From Alphaproteobacteria bacterium (lineage in GTDB: Bacteria > Pseudomonadota > Alphaproteobacteria > SP197), in assembly GCA_964291265.2 (NCBI GenBank), contig OZ219747.1:1888001-1952000 (forward strand): DNA of 64,000 bases, in the 5' to 3' direction. Shown here one piece after another: positions 52,186-61,966 of the stretch. Both the position numbers and the translations under genes were made by a program. The notes below the pieces were generated by a model. The model saw nothing but the letters and a program-made list of their open reading frames with translations, did no database searches and was not told where the DNA came from. The stretch's first letter is position 1. Each line of letters begins with the position of its first letter.

Positions 52186-52342
52186 GGGCTGGAAGAGGGA
52201 AGGTGGTCGTCATGGAGCAGCTGACGGGAGGTGGTGACGGCCTATGTCGGGCGTCAGTGGCCTTGTCATGCGAGGCGCCTGACTGGCGTGCGCTCTATGA
52301 GGCGGAGCGGGTTCGTGCGGATGCGGCGGAAGCGCGTATGCG

Positions 52343-53002
52343 GTGTGCCAGGCGAACTGGCGGAAGGTAGGGGGTGAAAGTCCCCTGGAACGAAGGAGTA
52401 ACCAAACCACGTTTCTCCGCGAGCCGTGCGTCGGTTCCCGCGAGGGGGCAGGCGAAGCGTCGGTAGCGGTACGGATGGGCAGGGCTAATGAGCACCGAAA
52501 AAGCTATCATCCGGGGTGCCGAGGCTTTCGCATTGGTCGAAGGCAACATCGCAGGCATCGATTTGGTGAGATGTCGGCGAGCCCCGCGGTGTCAGAGAAC
52601 CCATGCACGTCCGCACGCCTTCTGTTGGGACCCTGGGAGATCTTCAAACCGTCCCGCCGGTTGTGGCGGGACCGCATGGGGAAGGAGAAAACCGAAGCCT
52701 ATGATGTACGGTTTGAAGAAGTCGGATGAGGCCGTAGTACCTGTGAAGGCGGCGAACAAGGAAGCGTTAGCTTCTGCGGAGTCGCTGGAGGAAAGGGCCT
52801 CAACCAAGGGGAATCCGGGACGCTAAAGCACGCACCGAACGCAGTGTCGGGCAAGCGTGCCACAGGCGGCGGATCGGATACGGGAAGCCGCAGGCTAGTC
52901 CAGTGGTTTGCCGTCCAGTACCCGAGGTAGGAGCCGGATGGATTAACGTCCACGTCCGGATCTGCGCGGGGGGTGCGCAGCAATGCGCATCCCTACCGCG
53001 TC
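52343..53002 (+). ncRNA. ORF-less group II intron (660 bp)
   Basis: GTGTG 5' end, domains I-III, V and VI homologous to the full intron, RT ORF deleted; excision restores ARMR|DLRR of tnpC. Confidence 0.92.
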
Positions 53003-54614
53003 TGACCTGCGCCGTGCGAAGAATTCTGCCCGTGCCCGTGCGGGCACATTCAAGTTTCATCTCGACCGCACTCGTGATCAGCTCAAGGAGGCTCGCCGGG
53101 AGGTGAAGCGTGGACAGGCCCGAGCGGAGGCGCTGGAGCGGGAAAGGGACGCTCTGAAGCTCAAGAACGCTGAACAGGCGAGCGAGCTGAGGAATCTCCG
53201 CGGGACGCGTGCCAAGCACGCGACGGCGCGCTTCGGGTCGAAGAGCGAGAAACGGAAGAAGAAGGAAGGCACCGGGAACAAGCGGGGTCAGCAACCCGGC
53301 AAGAGCGGCCACGGGCGCACTCCGCGTCCGAAGCTCAAGGAGAAGCACGAACGCCATGATCCACCGGCATCGCAGCGCACGTGCCCGTGTTGCGGCGAGC
53401 CCTATGTGGCCAACGGCAGCCACGAGACCTCGATCATGGAGGTCCATGTCAAGGCTCATATCCGGCGGATTGAACGTGGGCGTTGGCGCCGTGGTTGTCA
53501 GTGTTCGTCGGCGCCTGCGGAGATCATCGCGCCGCCACCTTTGCGCTTGCTTGCGAATACCCCCTTCGGCATCAGTGTCTGGGCATGCGTGCTCTATGAG
53601 CGCTTCGCCTGCTTGCGTCCCCTGCGCCGGGTCTCGCGATGGCTGGAAGACCAGGGACTGCCGATGGCGCCGGGAACGATCGCTGGCGGCATGAAGAAGA
53701 TGACGCCGATGTTCGCGCCTCTCGCTCAGGCCATCCTCGATCATCAGAACCGGCTGACGGTGCGCCACGGCGACGAGACCAGCTGGCGCATCCAGTCCCT
53801 CAAGGCCTCGGGGCGCTCGCAGAAGGCCTGGCTGTGGACCGCGGTCAGCGCCGACTCCGTCTTCTTCCTTATCGACCCGTCACGCAGCACCCGGGTGGCC
53901 ATGGTGCTGTTCGCCTCCACCGAAGGTGTCGTCTTCCTTGTTTGCGACCGCTACGTGGTCTACAGGAAACTGGAGCGTGAGCTTGATGGCAAGGTGATCC
54001 TCTGCCTTTGCTGGGCGCACTCCAGGCGCGATGTGATCGAGGCTGCGGCAGGCCAAGAGGGGCTGGAAGAGTGGTGCGACAAGTGGCTCGACAGGATCGC
54101 GCTGATCTACACACTGAATGGGCAACGGCTGAAGCACTACGATCCCGCACGCAAGCGTCAGTCAGCGAGGTTCAATGCCCTGCAGAAGGACCTTCGTGCG
54201 GCTGTCGAGGCGCTGTTCAGGCAGGCTCAGGAGGAACTCGACGCCTTGCCCGAGGGTGCACGCGAAGCGAAGCCCTTGCGTTCCCTGATCCGTCACCGCG
54301 AGGGACTGTGCGTCTTTGTCGACCATCCCCAGGTGCCCATGGACAACAACTTTGCCGAGAGAACCCTCCGGGGTGCGGTGACCGCGAGAAAGCTGAGCTT
54401 CGGCTCCGACAGCGAGGAAGGCGCCGCCTTCACCGCCATCATGTACTCGGTCATCGGCACCCTTGCCATGAACAACATCAATGTTCGGCGCTGGCTTCAT
54501 GAGTGGCTTGAGGCCTGCGCGCAGAACGGCGGCAAGCCGCCGGATGACCTCGACCCGTGGCTGCCATGGTCGATGACCCCGGAGCGTCGAAGGGACCTCA
54601 TGGAACCGGGGTGA
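53003..54614 (+). CDS. tnpC: IS66 transposase TnpC (3' exon)
   Basis: Open frame with CPCCG, HGDETSW, CWAH, DNNFAER. Confidence 0.88.
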
Positions 54615-54860
54615 TCGAGTGCCGTTACGACGGCCGTGACTTCACCGCGCACGAGATGGCGCTGTTGCGCTCCCTGATCACCCAGCACCCCACCCGTGCG
54701 GCCATCGCCCGCGCCTTCTGCCGCGAGACCGGCTGATACAAGCCCGACGGGGCCTCAAGAACATGATGGCGAATGTCGCCTTTCTGGCCATGCACCGCGA
54801 CGGCCTCATCACCCTGCCGCCACCCCAACGACGAGCAACCCGACCCGGACCCATCGTCTT
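54611..54860 (+). pseudogene. Truncated DUF4338-protein N-terminal region inside IS66 (also in the other two IS66 copies)
   Basis: RYDGRDFT..E..LLRSLI...RAAIARAFCRETG*YKPDG / LAMHRDGLITLPPP; GTG overlaps the tnpC stop. Confidence 0.55.
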
Positions 54861-55192
54861 CGGACCCAACAGCGAACCGCCACGTGGTGCGCCTCCCAAA
54901 CGCATCCTCAACCGGTGAATATCACCAACAATCACCGCGTGGCCGAACGCTTACCCTGACCCGGGGTGGTCTGCCAGGCGGGCACCTCGATGACGAAGGC
55001 TTCGATATATTGGTTCGGGATCGGGAGAGGTCCACGCGCCGGGCGCTGTCGGCCGGATCCGTGGAGGTCAAGGACCGTGATCTCGTCGCCGTGGATGATG
55101 CGGCTTGCCGACGTGATCGGGCTCATGACGCGGCATGCGGTGAAGGCCAGACATATCCTCATCTACCGGTCTGGCGCAGGTGGTCCGTTTAG

Positions 55193-55567
55193 CCCGAAGT
55201 TCCGGACGATTTTAGCAATACAACCACACCAACTAGTTGATCTTACTGATAAAAACGTACAGAGACAACATGCAAGAGTTCCCATGTAACGGTGAAACAC
55301 CCTGTTGACACAGGCAGCTGTTGCCCCCATGTACGTGGACATCGTCCCCAACCGCATGAGCCGCCCGCCACCAGTCTCTCCTCCTGGCCCATGGAGAACG
55401 TCGAAACCCTGCGGCCCTTCCAGGTCACCACGCGGCCCACGACGCTCCATAAAAAGCCCTGAACCACCTCGGCGTGCGCCTCTAGCGTTCCCAGTAGCGA
55501 CACACGCGATTCTCTCAATCGTCAATACATTCATAACGATACGTCTGAACGGTGCTGGAACTTCGGT
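55193..55567. mobile_element. MITE unit 1 (375 bp)
   Basis: TIR CCGAAGTTCC / GGAACTTCGG, flanked by TTAG. Confidence 0.75.
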
Positions 55568-55571
55568 TTAG

Positions 55572-55959
55572 CCCGAAGTTCCGGACGATTTCAGCGGTAC
55601 AACCACACCAAGTCGTTGATCTTGCTGATAAAAATGGCAGAGGGACAGCATGCAAATGTTCCCATGTAACGGTGGAAATATCTGTGGACACATGCGTCCA
55701 TCGCCCCATATTCGTTGCCATGTACGTGGACATAGTCCCCAACCGCATGAGGCCCCCGCCAACAATCTCTCCCCCTGGCCCATGGAGAAGGTCGAAACCC
55801 TGCGGCCCTTCCAGGTCACCACGTGGCCCACGACGCTCCGGAAAAAGGCCCTGAACCACCTCGACGTACGCCTGTAGCGTTCCCAGTAGCGACACACCCG
55901 ATCTTTTCAAACATCAATACATTCATAACGATACGTCTGATCGGTTCTGGAACTTCGGT
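55572..55959. mobile_element. MITE unit 2 (388 bp), tandem diverged sister
   Basis: Same TIRs; TTAG at 55189, 55568 and 55960. Confidence 0.75.
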
Positions 55960-56241
55960 TTAGCCGGCCTGCAGGGTCTGAGGGATTCTTCAATCGCCGG
56001 TGTTCGAGCAAGGGGGGACCATGATGAGGATGACGGTGGCCATGACACACTGTCCCGGTCTCGCCGGCATTCGCTCAGTTCCACGATGCCTCGATCACTG
56101 CGTGAGCGAACGCTCTCGGTGTGCCTTGCGTCGACTGGTCCAGGGCGAAATTTTGGTGCATTTGCCTGAAGGGGCGGTTGCAGCTCGTTCTCAAGGGCAT
56201 TTCCGGTGGGTTCAAGGAGTATGCCGAACTGCCGGCCCGAC

Positions 56242-56269
56242 GGGGGTATGAAGGCTGCTTCATACCCCC
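56242..56269. terminator. 12-bp perfect hairpin downstream of the lipoprotein gene
   Basis: GGGGGTATGAAG-GCTG-CTTCATACCCCC; no clear U-tract. Confidence 0.4.
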
Positions 56270-56313
56270 TTGACAGAAGTGTGGGAAGCCAACAGGAACC
56301 GGTTGCGCCCGAA

Positions 56314-57212
56314 TCAGCGCATCCGGTCACCATAGAACACTGACCGGAAATCCATGCCCGATACATACCCCACGACACCCCGTTGGTTGGTGCCGCCGAA
56401 CTGCCCGAGGCCGCTGTAGGTTCTTGACTCCCGGCTTCCGGATTCGGTCGGAACGGACACGGTTATGCTGGGCGCAAATCTGCCATCCGTGACGGAAGTA
56501 GGGGTGGAAGACAAGGAGGAGGGTATACCTTGAATATCTATGCCGGAATAGTTCCAGACATCCTGACCTACTCTTCTGAGGGGCATATCGCACCGCTCAG
56601 GAAACCCACGGTTTTCCTGTGTTTCTGCCTGTTTCAGCGCGGATTCTGCTTGACATGTGGCGATAAATACGTCCAATATCGCATGTTCCAATTTTAGCTC
56701 CCCATGGCACCCTCCCTACCGCTCCAGCCCGCCCATGCCACACCATCGTCTACGACATCGACGGCGCAACACAACAAAATCGTCTCATTGACGTTGGACG
56801 AGGTCAGGATGTCTGAGTTCAGTGTCGCAAGGATGTCGGTTTCGCTTATGGTCACGTTGATTCTTGCGCTCCCGCTATCTTGTCCGTCAAGGAAGCCATT
56901 GACCGAGTGCCTGCCATACCACTGCCCCGACCAGGTTCCGGCGACGGTGGGCTGGCGGGTCGATGAAGCAGCAGTGATCGTCGGATTGGAGCCATCTGCT
57001 TCAAACGCCGCCCTCAATCCGTATTCCGAATGTTGAATCCCTACAATGTTGCCGCCTGCAGACAGAGTATTCCACTCTCCGAGATCGCCCAGTCCACTGC
57101 CGGCTGAAGGACCGCCGCTACTGCCACCGCAACTCCCGATCATCAAGATCATGAGCAGAACGATTGGGGTTACGACCAGATTCCTTGCAACTGAAAATGA
57201 TGAAGATCTCAT
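56314..57212 (-). pseudogene. Small TbpB-like lipoprotein interrupted by a MITE
   Basis: Signal peptide with IGS-CGG, GTWSGQWYG and C-terminal GQFGG..GVVG...FYG; the frame is restored (ATL|NYSG) on removing the MITE. Confidence 0.7.
56555..56815. mobile_element. 261-bp MITE
   Basis: Perfect 15-bp TIR CAGACATCCTGACCT; 5-bp TSD AGTTC at 56550-56554 and 56816-56820. Confidence 0.88.
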
Positions 57213-57994
57213 GGAAACGACCTCGCTTGTTGCTGACGGGCAAGTCGCCCGTGGTTCCAGGAAATTGAATGATGACGACATGGAAATGGTCGCCGTCATT
57301 CCACTTGGCCAGTGAGAGCTCATTGATGGCAGGGGGTTTTTCCTGCCGCTCTCAAGGGGCCTCGCACGGCGGCGTGGCCGGCCGCCGGCAATTGTTGCAG
57401 GGATCATCCTCGGAATGTCACCTGCGATGGATGAGGGGGGTGCCAGATGCCGCCAGGTGGCTCTTGCCGTGAAACGGTTCCCGACGCGGTGCGGACGTGA
57501 GTCGTCCGGCGCCATGGCTTGTGTGCCGGGGTACGGGATATCGCCGAGAGTCGTGCGAGATCCATCTTCTGAGGAGAAGGAGCGTCTGCCCTGAAGCAAC
57601 GGCACCCGGCGGCACGGCGTGAACTGCCGTGTTCCCGCGGGAGTGGCGGAGCAAAGGACAAAAGGGAACTGCTGTGCCTGCGTGGCCGGGACCCCGACCG
57701 AAAAGGCCGCACTCAGGTGGCGGGTGATCTCCTCAGGGTCATCCGCCGATACGATCCAGCGTTGGGGGGGGGGGGAAGTCGACATCGCGCGCACGTGAGG
57801 CACCCGCGCTGCGCCCGAACGACCGCAGCAGGCTGCACATCGTAACGTCGCTCGGTGTCTTCGTCATGCTTTCCATACCACAGGCAACCTCTTGTACCAC
57901 AGGCTCAGCCGCATTGCCGACCACAACATGTTCACATATTGCTCGGACATGCAACCGAGTTCAAGTTTCCGGACCATCCCACGCTTAGTTCCGC

Positions 57995-58190
57995 CTGATT
58001 CCCCTTGACGTCGGGCATCCATGCGTTGCACGGGTACGCCCGCATGGAAGGCTGACCGGTCCATCCGTGCACTCCGGAAAGCTGTTCACTGCCCAAGGTC
58101 AAGGTCCGCGGCCGGAGGAACGTCCGTTCCGGGACGCGCCGATGGACGAGCACCACGATCTCGGATTTCACCGCCTTGCGGGCCGCGACC
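57995..58190 (+). pseudogene. Degenerate remnant of the DUF4338-ISAs1 5' region
   Basis: Patchy similarity to 15190-15450, e.g. ATGGACGAGCACCACGATCTCGG vs ATGAACGAGCACCACTATCTCGG. Confidence 0.55.
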
Positions 58191-58451
58191 CTCGTTCGGC
58201 TATGGCCGCAGATCGTCTGACCTGATCAAGCGGGTCGAGTTGATGCGATCAATGCAGGCAACGGGATCAACCTGGTCAGCAATGGAGCACACACGATCAG
58301 CCTCCCGGCCGCAGGAGCCGACACAACAGACCGATCAGTTGTCCGTTGTCCGTTTCGGCAGAGCTTGCTGCCGGGCAGGATTCGAACCTGCCATCCTTGT
58401 TCCGAGCGGCCGACCTGCGCAACCCCAGCGCCCGGCGCGGCGTGTTCGTCT

Positions 58452-59648
58452 TCAGCCTGGAGGTGCCAGTGCGGCGAGCATCTGCGCTGCGCGCAGCGGC
58501 GGCCGGCCGGTCACGATGAGCTCCGCCATGAGCTCGCCCGCTGCCGGGCTCATCATGATCCCCGTTCCGCCGAAATGCGTTGCGAGATAGCCATTCTTCC
58601 ACCTCGGCAGACGCCCGAGTGTGGGCCTTTCCAGCGACGTCGGAGTCAAGGCGAGCAGGTCGCCCCGGTGCTCCATCAGCTTGGCTTCTTCGAGGGCGGG
58701 CAGGATCTCAAGGCACTCCGACACCGTTTTGAGCTTCAACTCTTCGGTGAGCGACTCATTGAAGTCGTCGCGCCTGCTGGCACTCCCCTCGTAGGCGCTC
58801 AGGATCACCTCGCCGTTCACCTTGGGGATGATCCAGTAGTCGCCGGCCTCGAGCGTGTGAAAGGGCAGGCCTGAGGGTAGCTGGACTCGGACGCACTCGG
58901 CCATGAACGTGAGCATGGGAACGTCGACATCGAGATATGATGCAAGGGTCCGCGACCATGGACCGGCGGCAATCACGAAATGGTCGGCCTCGAGGTGCTC
59001 GCCGGAGGCGAGCTGCAACCCGGTGATCCGATCGCCTTGCGTGGTGAAGCCCACGGCCTCGCCCTGCTTCACGCGAGCGCCCAGGTGCTCGGCCGACTGC
59101 GCCAGGCCCAAGGTGTACTTGTAGGGCTCGACCTGACCCTGCGGGGTGGTGATGCCCGCGACCCACTTCGGGTGGAGTGAAGGGAAGATCTCCCGCAACT
59201 GGCGAGCGTCGAGCAAGCCGGTCTCGATGGCCCCGGCCTGATGGTACGGGGCCAGCAACCCGTCCCGACCTTTCCCGTCGACCTCCGCTTCGGTCAGGAG
59301 CGATGTGTGAAGCGATTCGCCGTACTCGATGTCGACGCCGCCGCGCTCGGCGATTTCGAGAGCCAGGCCCGGCATGCGGTCATAGGACGATGCGGCGAGA
59401 CCGTGCCAGCTGTTCGCGCTGGAGTCTTCCGGCGTTCCGGCGGCGTCCTGGTCGGAGAGGTGGCGTGATATCGTCCGAGCCATGGATTTCTGCGGATAGG
59501 GGATCACCGCCCAGGCCTTGCCGGAGGCTCTAGTCCCGATCGACTCGCGCTCCACGACGACGGAGTTCACGCCGTGTCTGCCCAGGTGATAGGCGATGGA
59601 GCTGCCGATCGCTCCGGCTCCAACGATGACGACATCGCAATGGGGCAT
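58452..59648 (-). CDS. FAD-dependent oxidoreductase (glycine oxidase/DAO family)
   Basis: VIVGAGAIG, ASGKAWA, IAAGPWS, GIMMSPAAGELMAELI. Confidence 0.88.
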   Translation of the reverse strand: MPHCDVVIVGAGAIGSSIAYHLGRHGVNSVVVERESIGTRASGKAWAVIPYPQKSMARTISRHLSDQDAAGTPEDSSANSWHGLAASSYDRMPGLALEIAERGGVDIEYGESLHTSLLTEAEVDGKGRDGLLAPYHQAGAIETGLLDARQLREIFPSLHPKWVAGITTPQGQVEPYKYTLGLAQSAEHLGARVKQGEAVGFTTQGDRITGLQLASGEHLEADHFVIAAGPWSRTLASYLDVDVPMLTFMAECVRVQLPSGLPFHTLEAGDYWIIPKVNGEVILSAYEGSASRRDDFNESLTEELKLKTVSECLEILPALEEAKLMEHRGDLLALTPTSLERPTLGRLPRWKNGYLATHFGGTGIMMSPAAGELMAELIVTGRPPLRAAQMLAALAPPG

Positions 59649-59739
59649 AGGGGGACTCCCGATGAACCTGTTTCAAGAACCCCGCCCGGCACAGCCGGAA
59701 CCAAAGCTCTCCGAGATGGTGCGATTCCGGCGTTGACAC

Positions 59740-60537
59740 CTATGTCAGTGCCTCGATGAGGGCGTCCAGGGTTCGGTTGGGGCGCTCCGCCATCATCATG
59801 TGACCGCATCCCTCGAGGACGATCAAGCGGCCATGGGGGAGGGCATCGAGGAGGGACCGGGCATGGCGCGGCGGTGTCATCATGTCGCGGTCGCCGAGGA
59901 CGAGCGTTGCCGGGCAGTTGACCCTGGCGGCCGCCTCGAGCCCGTTCGTGTAGTCGTTGCAGGCCTTCATGTCGTTGTAGAGGACGCCGTCGCCGCCGCG
60001 TTCGAGAAGACGCATGCCGCCCCCGGTGATCCACAGCCCCGGAACGTCCGAGCCTCCCAACTGGGCGGTACGGCTGTGTCCCCAGACGGTCACCATGTCG
60101 TAGGCCGCATGGCTGTTGTTCCTGGCGTTGTTCAGCAGGGCATCGGCCACGGGCATCGGCACGCTGGTACCCAGCAGCGCGATGCGTGCGCATCGCGACG
60201 GGTAGCGGGAGGCGGCTTCGAGAACGGGAAGCGAGCCCATGGAATGGCCAGCCAGGGAGGCCGTGGCCACTCCGGCGGCATCGAGAACACTGATGAGCCA
60301 GTCGGCGACGGCGCCGATCAAGGGCAGGGGCGGCCCTTCCGAGCGGCCGTGTCCGGGCAGGTCAACGGCAAGGACGGCGTGGCCGTGGTGGGCAAACCAA
60401 CGGGCCTGGGCCGACCACACCGTGCGGTTCATGGAGGCGCCGTGGACGAAGAGGACGACAGGCAGCGCCGCGTCGAAGGTCTTGCCACCGGTGGCTGCGA
60501 AGACTGCACGGCCGTCGACGGTGAGTTCCAGCGACAT
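59740..60537 (-). CDS. Alpha/beta hydrolase
   Basis: FVHGA, DLPGHGRS, GHSMG, GHMMMAE. Confidence 0.88.
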   Translation of the reverse strand: MSLELTVDGRAVFAATGGKTFDAALPVVLFVHGASMNRTVWSAQARWFAHHGHAVLAVDLPGHGRSEGPPLPLIGAVADWLISVLDAAGVATASLAGHSMGSLPVLEAASRYPSRCARIALLGTSVPMPVADALLNNARNNSHAAYDMVTVWGHSRTAQLGGSDVPGLWITGGGMRLLERGGDGVLYNDMKACNDYTNGLEAAARVNCPATLVLGDRDMMTPPRHARSLLDALPHGRLIVLEGCGHMMMAERPNRTLDALIEALT

Positions 60538-60541
60538 GGCG

Positions 60542-61837
60542 TCAGGCCCTGGATGCGGCGCCGAGGCCGCGCTTGAGATCCTCCATGAGATCGTCCGCGT
60601 CCTCGAGCCCGATGGAGAGGCGCACGAGTCCTTCGGAGATGCCGGCCGCCTCGAGGGCGGCCGCATCCATCTGCTGATGGGTCGTCGATGCGGGATGGAT
60701 GACCAGCGACTTGGCGTCTCCGACATTGGCGAGATGGGAAAAGAGCTGCAACGCCTCGATGAACTTCACACCCGCCTCGCGGCCTCCCTTCAGTTCGAAG
60801 CCGAAGATCGCGCCGGCTCCCTTCGGCAGCAGTCGTTTCGAGAGCTCGTGGTCGGGATGGGACGGCAGTTCTGGCCACAGGACGCTGTTGACGGCATCGT
60901 GTCCGTCAAGAAAGGCGATGACGGCGCGGGTGTTCTCGACATGGCGCGTCATGCGCAGCGGCAGCGTTTCCACGCCCTGCAGCAGGTAGAAGGCGTTGGC
61001 CGGGCTCATGCAGGCGCCAAAGTCGCGCAGACCCTCGGCACGGGCCCGCATGATGAGGGCGCCCGGTCCGAACTCCTCGGCGAAGTCGAGGCCGTGATAG
61101 CCCGCATAGGGTTCCGTGAGGGTTGGGAAGAGCCCGCCTGCCTCCCAGTCGAAGGCGCCTCGGTCGACGAGCACGCCACCGATGGCAATGCCGTGTCCGC
61201 CGAGGAACTTGGTGGCCGAGTGCATGACGAGATCGGCGCCGTGGTCGAACGGGCGCGACAGGAATGGGGAGGCGAAGGTGTTGTCGATCATCAGCGGCAG
61301 GCCGGCCTCGTGGGCGATGCCGGCGACGGCGGGGATGTCGAGGACCTCGAGACCGGGATTGCCGAGGGTCTCTCCGAAGAGAAGCCGGGTGCGCGGGCCG
61401 ATGGCCTGGCGGAAGGCATCCGGATCCCGGGGATTGACGAAGGTCGTCGTGATGCCGAAGCGTGGCAGCGTGTAGTTGAACATGTTGTGGCTGCCACCGT
61501 AGATCGATCCGGACGCGACAATGTGATCACCGTTGCCCATGAGCGTGGCCACCGCGAGGTGGAGTGCCGCCTGGCCGCTTGCGGTGGCCACCGCGCCGAC
61601 ACCACCCTCGAGACCGGCGATTCGTTCCTCGAGGACGGAGACGGTCGGATTGGAGATGCGCGAATAGATGTGGCCGGCGCGTTCGAGGTTGAACAGCGAG
61701 GCGGCATGGTCGGTCGATGGAAAGACGAAGGAGGTTGACTGGTAGACGGGAACGGCACGCGCCCCGGTCACCGGATCGGGTTTCTGTCCACCATGCAGGG
61801 CAAGGGTATCGAAACGCGGGTGTCCGGGACCGGCCAT
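60542..61837 (-). CDS. metY: O-acetylhomoserine aminocarboxypropyltransferase/sulfhydrylase
   Basis: YSRISNPT, ASGQAA, HSATKFLGGHG, HLANVGDAKSLVIHPASTTH. Confidence 0.9.
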   Translation of the reverse strand: MAGPGHPRFDTLALHGGQKPDPVTGARAVPVYQSTSFVFPSTDHAASLFNLERAGHIYSRISNPTVSVLEERIAGLEGGVGAVATASGQAALHLAVATLMGNGDHIVASGSIYGGSHNMFNYTLPRFGITTTFVNPRDPDAFRQAIGPRTRLLFGETLGNPGLEVLDIPAVAGIAHEAGLPLMIDNTFASPFLSRPFDHGADLVMHSATKFLGGHGIAIGGVLVDRGAFDWEAGGLFPTLTEPYAGYHGLDFAEEFGPGALIMRARAEGLRDFGACMSPANAFYLLQGVETLPLRMTRHVENTRAVIAFLDGHDAVNSVLWPELPSHPDHELSKRLLPKGAGAIFGFELKGGREAGVKFIEALQLFSHLANVGDAKSLVIHPASTTHQQMDAAALEAAGISEGLVRLSIGLEDADDLMEDLKRGLGAASRA

Positions 61838-61966
61838 GGGCGCTGCTCATTCTCAGGGGAAACCGACGCACACTAGACCGCCGGTCTCCGGGCGTCCACC
61901 GTCGGCAGATTGATCCTGAACGTCCTTGCGGTAATGTCAGCGCCGCTGACCGGAGGATACCTGATC

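Larger units (their letters stand above)
52215..54954 (+). mobile_element. IS66 element copy 3 (left end deleted), containing an ORF-less group II intron
   Basis: Right TIR GGCCGAACGCTTAC at 54954; homology to copy 1 stops near 52215. Confidence 0.88.

Noticed and set aside
54734-54736. TGA shared by all IS66 copies in the DUF4338-like remnant as possible recoding
   Set aside because: The position corresponds to a likely Trp (TGG to TGA), and a frameshift and truncation follow.
57764-57775. G12 tract as a phase-variation switch
   Set aside because: It lies about 550 bp upstream of the lipoprotein start, and I could not link it to a credible gene.
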